Origin: Nitrosopumilus sp.
Lineage (GTDB): Archaea; Thermoproteota; Nitrososphaeria; Nitrososphaerales; Nitrosopumilaceae
Length of the DNA stretch: 64,000 bases
NCBI GenBank assembly: GCA_965204345.1
Contig: OZ241981.1
Coordinates: 1,568,001-1,632,000 of the forward strand
Direction: 5' to 3'
Under the pieces are notes generated by a model. It was not told the DNA's origin. It was given only the letters and a program-made list of their open reading frames with translations, and searched no databases. Every line of letters begins with the position of its first letter. Position 1 is the stretch's first letter. Shown here piece after piece: positions 61,241 to 64,000 of the stretch. The translations under genes were made by a program, and so were the position numbers.

Positions 61241-61517
61241 AATTGTTCCTAAAGACTCTCACAAAAAGAGCATGTCTGAGGCATTTGCCAACTCGTTTGG
61301 GGGATATCCTATAGGGTATGGCCTGGGAATTGTCATACTGCCATTGTCCCTGGGGTGGATTCAGGAGGATCCATTAATTGCAAACATGGCAATCACATTT
61401 GTCTATGCCTCTGTTTCATTTGCTAGAAGCTATTTTCTTAGAAGGGTCTTTGAGAGATTTGGAATTGATGATAATTTCATCAGGCTAGGTATAAAACTAG
61501 TTAAAAAAATAATTTGA
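61233..61517 (+). CDS. Small two-TM membrane protein (DUF7220-like)
   Basis: SMSEAFANSFGGY...ITFVYASVSFARSYFLRRVFE; start overlaps the previous stop. Confidence 0.65.
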   Translation: MSKIVPKDSHKKSMSEAFANSFGGYPIGYGLGIVILPLSLGWIQEDPLIANMAITFVYASVSFARSYFLRRVFERFGIDDNFIRLGIKLVKKII

Positions 61518-61800
61518 ATAAATCTAAATTTGCTTTATTCATACAATTAGAGAAAAACATACTGGAATTTATGTTAGATCTCTAACGTAATACTTCTGCC
61601 CTTGAATGTAACAGTCAAAGTATCTAAATTATGTTAGATTCTATGTTCCGAATTGGATACTAGGGACAAATGTCCCGAGTTTGGAACAATGTAATTTCTG
61701 CATGCTTTGGATGTGCAATTTTACTTACAGGAAAGTCAGATAGAAAATCATCAAAGCCTTTAACTCAAGAAATAATTGATAATCGGGAGAAATTCTCAGC

Positions 61801-62424
61801 ATGATGGAACGAAGTATCTTAAAATCCAGCAAAAGAATAGGCAAGTATGAGGCCCCAATTATAAAAAAATTAGAACCATTTTTTCAAAATCAGGGGTTTC
61901 AAGTTGTTCCTCATGCTCGATTTAATATTTCATGGGGAAATATTATTTCTGACATTGATTTGTTATTGATTAAAGAAAACAAAGTTGGAATTGTTGAGGT
62001 AAAATCATCTCATGATAATTTGAAAAGAGCAAAAAAACAAATTTCAAACATTAAAGATTATGTTGATTTTGCATATATTGCAACTGATTTTAAACCAAGA
62101 AAATTACCTACTCCAATAGCTGGTTGGATTTTTGTTAAAGATGAAGTTACAATAATGAAACATCCTAGAACCATTAATAATGAGCCTTCTCATTTTTCTG
62201 TTGACTCTTTACCAAAAAAATGTCTTAAACGATATTTGGATCAGAAAAATATCTCATCAAAAGGAATGTCAAAATATGAAATAACTAATAATATCATGTC
62301 CTTTCCAACAAAAAATCTCAAAGAAGAAGTAAAATCAATGGCTACATGTGGCCAGGAATGTGATACTAGCTGTCCAATATCTGAATTTGAGAAATTTTTG
62401 ATTCCTACTCTAATTTCTAAATAA
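61801..62424 (+). CDS. PD-(D/E)XK nuclease-fold protein (sce7726/MmcB-like)
   Basis: IDLLLI...IVEVKSSHDNLKRAKKQ...VDFAYIA; C-terminal CxxxCxxxCP. Confidence 0.7.
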   Translation: MMERSILKSSKRIGKYEAPIIKKLEPFFQNQGFQVVPHARFNISWGNIISDIDLLLIKENKVGIVEVKSSHDNLKRAKKQISNIKDYVDFAYIATDFKPRKLPTPIAGWIFVKDEVTIMKHPRTINNEPSHFSVDSLPKKCLKRYLDQKNISSKGMSKYEITNNIMSFPTKNLKEEVKSMATCGQECDTSCPISEFEKFLIPTLISK

Positions 62425-62585
62425 TTTTAGATTTGAAAATGCCTAAATATGGTGTAATAAGTTTGGAATTGTAGAAAAATTGCCTAATCTTTTATCATTC
62501 TCATTTAACAGGTACACAAAAAATGACGGCTTGTACATGCAGGCAAGCAGGAAAAAATAAGGAGAACAAAATTAGGTGATGTAAC

Positions 62586-62819
62586 ATGGCTGATGAAATC
62601 TCCACCCTCATGAACAACAAAAAAGACAAGGTCGTCTTGCTCCGATTAAGAAACACCAAAACTATTCAGGGGATTCTCAAGGATTTTGATATCCACATGA
62701 ACCTTACGCTGGATAATGCTGAAGATATCTCTGATGAAAAACATGAAAAGCTTGGAAAAATCCTGCTGCGTGGAGATAACATCCTGGCAGTTTCCCTACC
62801 TGATGAGGAAGAAACTTAG
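62586..62819 (+). CDS. Sm-like (Lsm) RNA-binding protein
   Basis: GILKDFDIHMNLTLDNAE (Sm1) and LLRGDNI (Sm2); AGGTGA RBS upstream. Confidence 0.93.
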   Translation: MADEISTLMNNKKDKVVLLRLRNTKTIQGILKDFDIHMNLTLDNAEDISDEKHEKLGKILLRGDNILAVSLPDEEET

Positions 62820-62850
62820 AAACCTGCTCATTAAACATTAAATCCAATAT

Positions 62851-64000
62851 GTGCCAACATTCTTTGTGGACTTTCTTTTGATATTCCTGTCTCTGATACT
62901 TCTTCCGGCATTTGGGGAATCCATTCCTGACTATAATAATCCGTACTCTCCAATCTTTACTGACAAATCTGTTTATTCGTGGACTGATAAGATCCAAATC
63001 CAAATCGTCTCTCCTAGTTGGAATTCTAACAGAAACCTGATTGATTCTATCGGAGGCACCGACGATCATGCAATAAGGATTGCCACGTCTGAGCATTCCC
63101 TGGTTCCATATCGGTTTACCGAAACAGGTACCAATTCCGGAATCTTTACTGCAGAGGTAATCCTTACCGGGTTTGAACATGATGCCGATGGCGACGGTGA
63201 TATTGACACCATTCCCAAGACCGGCGGTACCGGTCCTACCAATGGCTTTTTGCAAGTTGACAGGGACTCGGCCATCACCATATCGTTTGAGTTTGCAGAC
63301 GGCGTAGTCCTAACAGAATCTGTAGATGTCAGATGGAATCTTGCCACAATTGAGTTTCAGGAGGAGGTCCTGTTCTCAGATGATACTATACCTGTTCGTA
63401 TTGTGGATGCAGACATGAACCTGAATCCCGAATCCCTTGACAGTGTCTCTGCATACATTACTTCTGATTCTGATCTTGCGGGAATTGAAATTAATGCCAT
63501 TGAGACATCTGAAAGTTCTGGCATCTTTGTTGCCACATTTTCTATGTCACAAGCTTTGCCTTCTAGTGGAAACAGGCTCTATGCACTGCTTGGAGACAAG
63601 GTAATTGCCAAATACAATGATCATACCCTGCCCGAACCGTTTTCAGAGTCTGATAACCTGGGGATTGAAACCTTTGCCAATTTAGGCTCATCCACTCCCC
63701 CACTTGAAAGGCTTGAAAATTCCAATATTCGCTTCTCAGACAGTTCTGGCAACCGCCTGACCTCGTTTTCACCAAATGTATCCGTACAAATAGTTGGAAC
63801 CATAAAAAACCCCCATGACATTGGGCAAAAGTTTGTTTATCTGTTTCAAGTAAAGGATTCTGATGACTATGTTGAATCCCTTTCTTGGATACAAAGCGAG
63901 TTATCCCGCCAACAGTCTCTTGATGTCTCTCGATCTTGGATGCCTGAAAAATCCGGCGTATACAAAATTGAAACCTTTGTTTGGAACTCCTTTGCTGATC
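62851..64000 (+). CDS. Secreted S-layer-like surface protein (3'-truncated by window edge; not in ORF track)
   Basis: From GTG 62851 the frame reads VPTFFVDFLLIFLSLILLPAFGESIPDYNNPYSPIFTDKSVYSWTD...FTETGTNSGIF...YKIETFVWNSFAD; I saw no stop before the window end. Confidence 0.8.
   Translation, partial: MPTFFVDFLLIFLSLILLPAFGESIPDYNNPYSPIFTDKSVYSWTDKIQIQIVSPSWNSNRNLIDSIGGTDDHAIRIATSEHSLVPYRFTETGTNSGIFTAEVILTGFEHDADGDGDIDTIPKTGGTGPTNGFLQVDRDSAITISFEFADGVVLTESVDVRWNLATIEFQEEVLFSDDTIPVRIVDADMNLNPESLDSVSAYITSDSDLAGIEINAIETSESSGIFVATFSMSQALPSSGNRLYALLGDKVIAKYNDHTLPEPFSESDNLGIETFANLGSSTPPLERLENSNIRFSDSSGNRLTSFSPNVSVQIVGTIKNPHDIGQKFVYLFQVKDSDDYVESLSWIQSELSRQQSLDVSRSWMPEKSGVYKIETFVWNSFAD

Larger units (their letters stand above)
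56547..62541. mobile_element. Putative ~6-kb genomic island inserted in the rpoA 3' end (no integrase seen)
   Basis: TGTACATGCA direct repeat at 56547 and 62532. The second copy reads LYMQASRKK* versus LYMQVSKKK in rpoA. AT-rich accessory cargo lies between them. Confidence 0.7.

Noticed and set aside
62704-63821. Minus-strand ORFs of 183, 93, 70 and 66 aa
   Set aside because: They are antisense shadows of lsm and of the plus-strand surface-protein gene starting at 62851.

Overview
This is an archaeal window, very probably from a Nitrosopumilus-like ammonia-oxidising thaumarchaeote. The evidence is an unsplit RNA polymerase A subunit (1269 aa), PEFG-CTERM and CFI-box surface proteins, 'IPDWVKNNAKWW' tails and a two-domain multicopper oxidase beside a ZIP transporter. 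Core genes include FNR, ilvE, an N-glycosylation block, hel308-mcm-gins with a divergent rfcS, tRNA-Ser(UGA), two ferredoxins, aIF6, hisS, nnrE, cobT, glmS, rps13/rps4, metal transporters, a Grs-like radical SAM enzyme, larB/C/E with iscS and mdh, four tandem PEFG-CTERM genes, rpoH-B-A and lsm. There are two AT-rich accessory regions: about 18.8-22.5 kb (XRE-ImmA plus a DUF4411 PIN gene and a candidate structured RNA) and about 56.55-62.54 kb. The second appears to have integrated into the 3' end of rpoA, because the rpoA tail is duplicated on its far side. It carries a CARF-like/wHTH regulator divergent from a PIN gene and a chain of micro-ORFs. The other strong unexplained signals are 8 GATC sites packed into the gins-mcm/rfcS divergent promoter and nucleotide-identical junctions between otherwise divergent surface-protein genes. 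All family calls come from motif recognition only; no searches were run.
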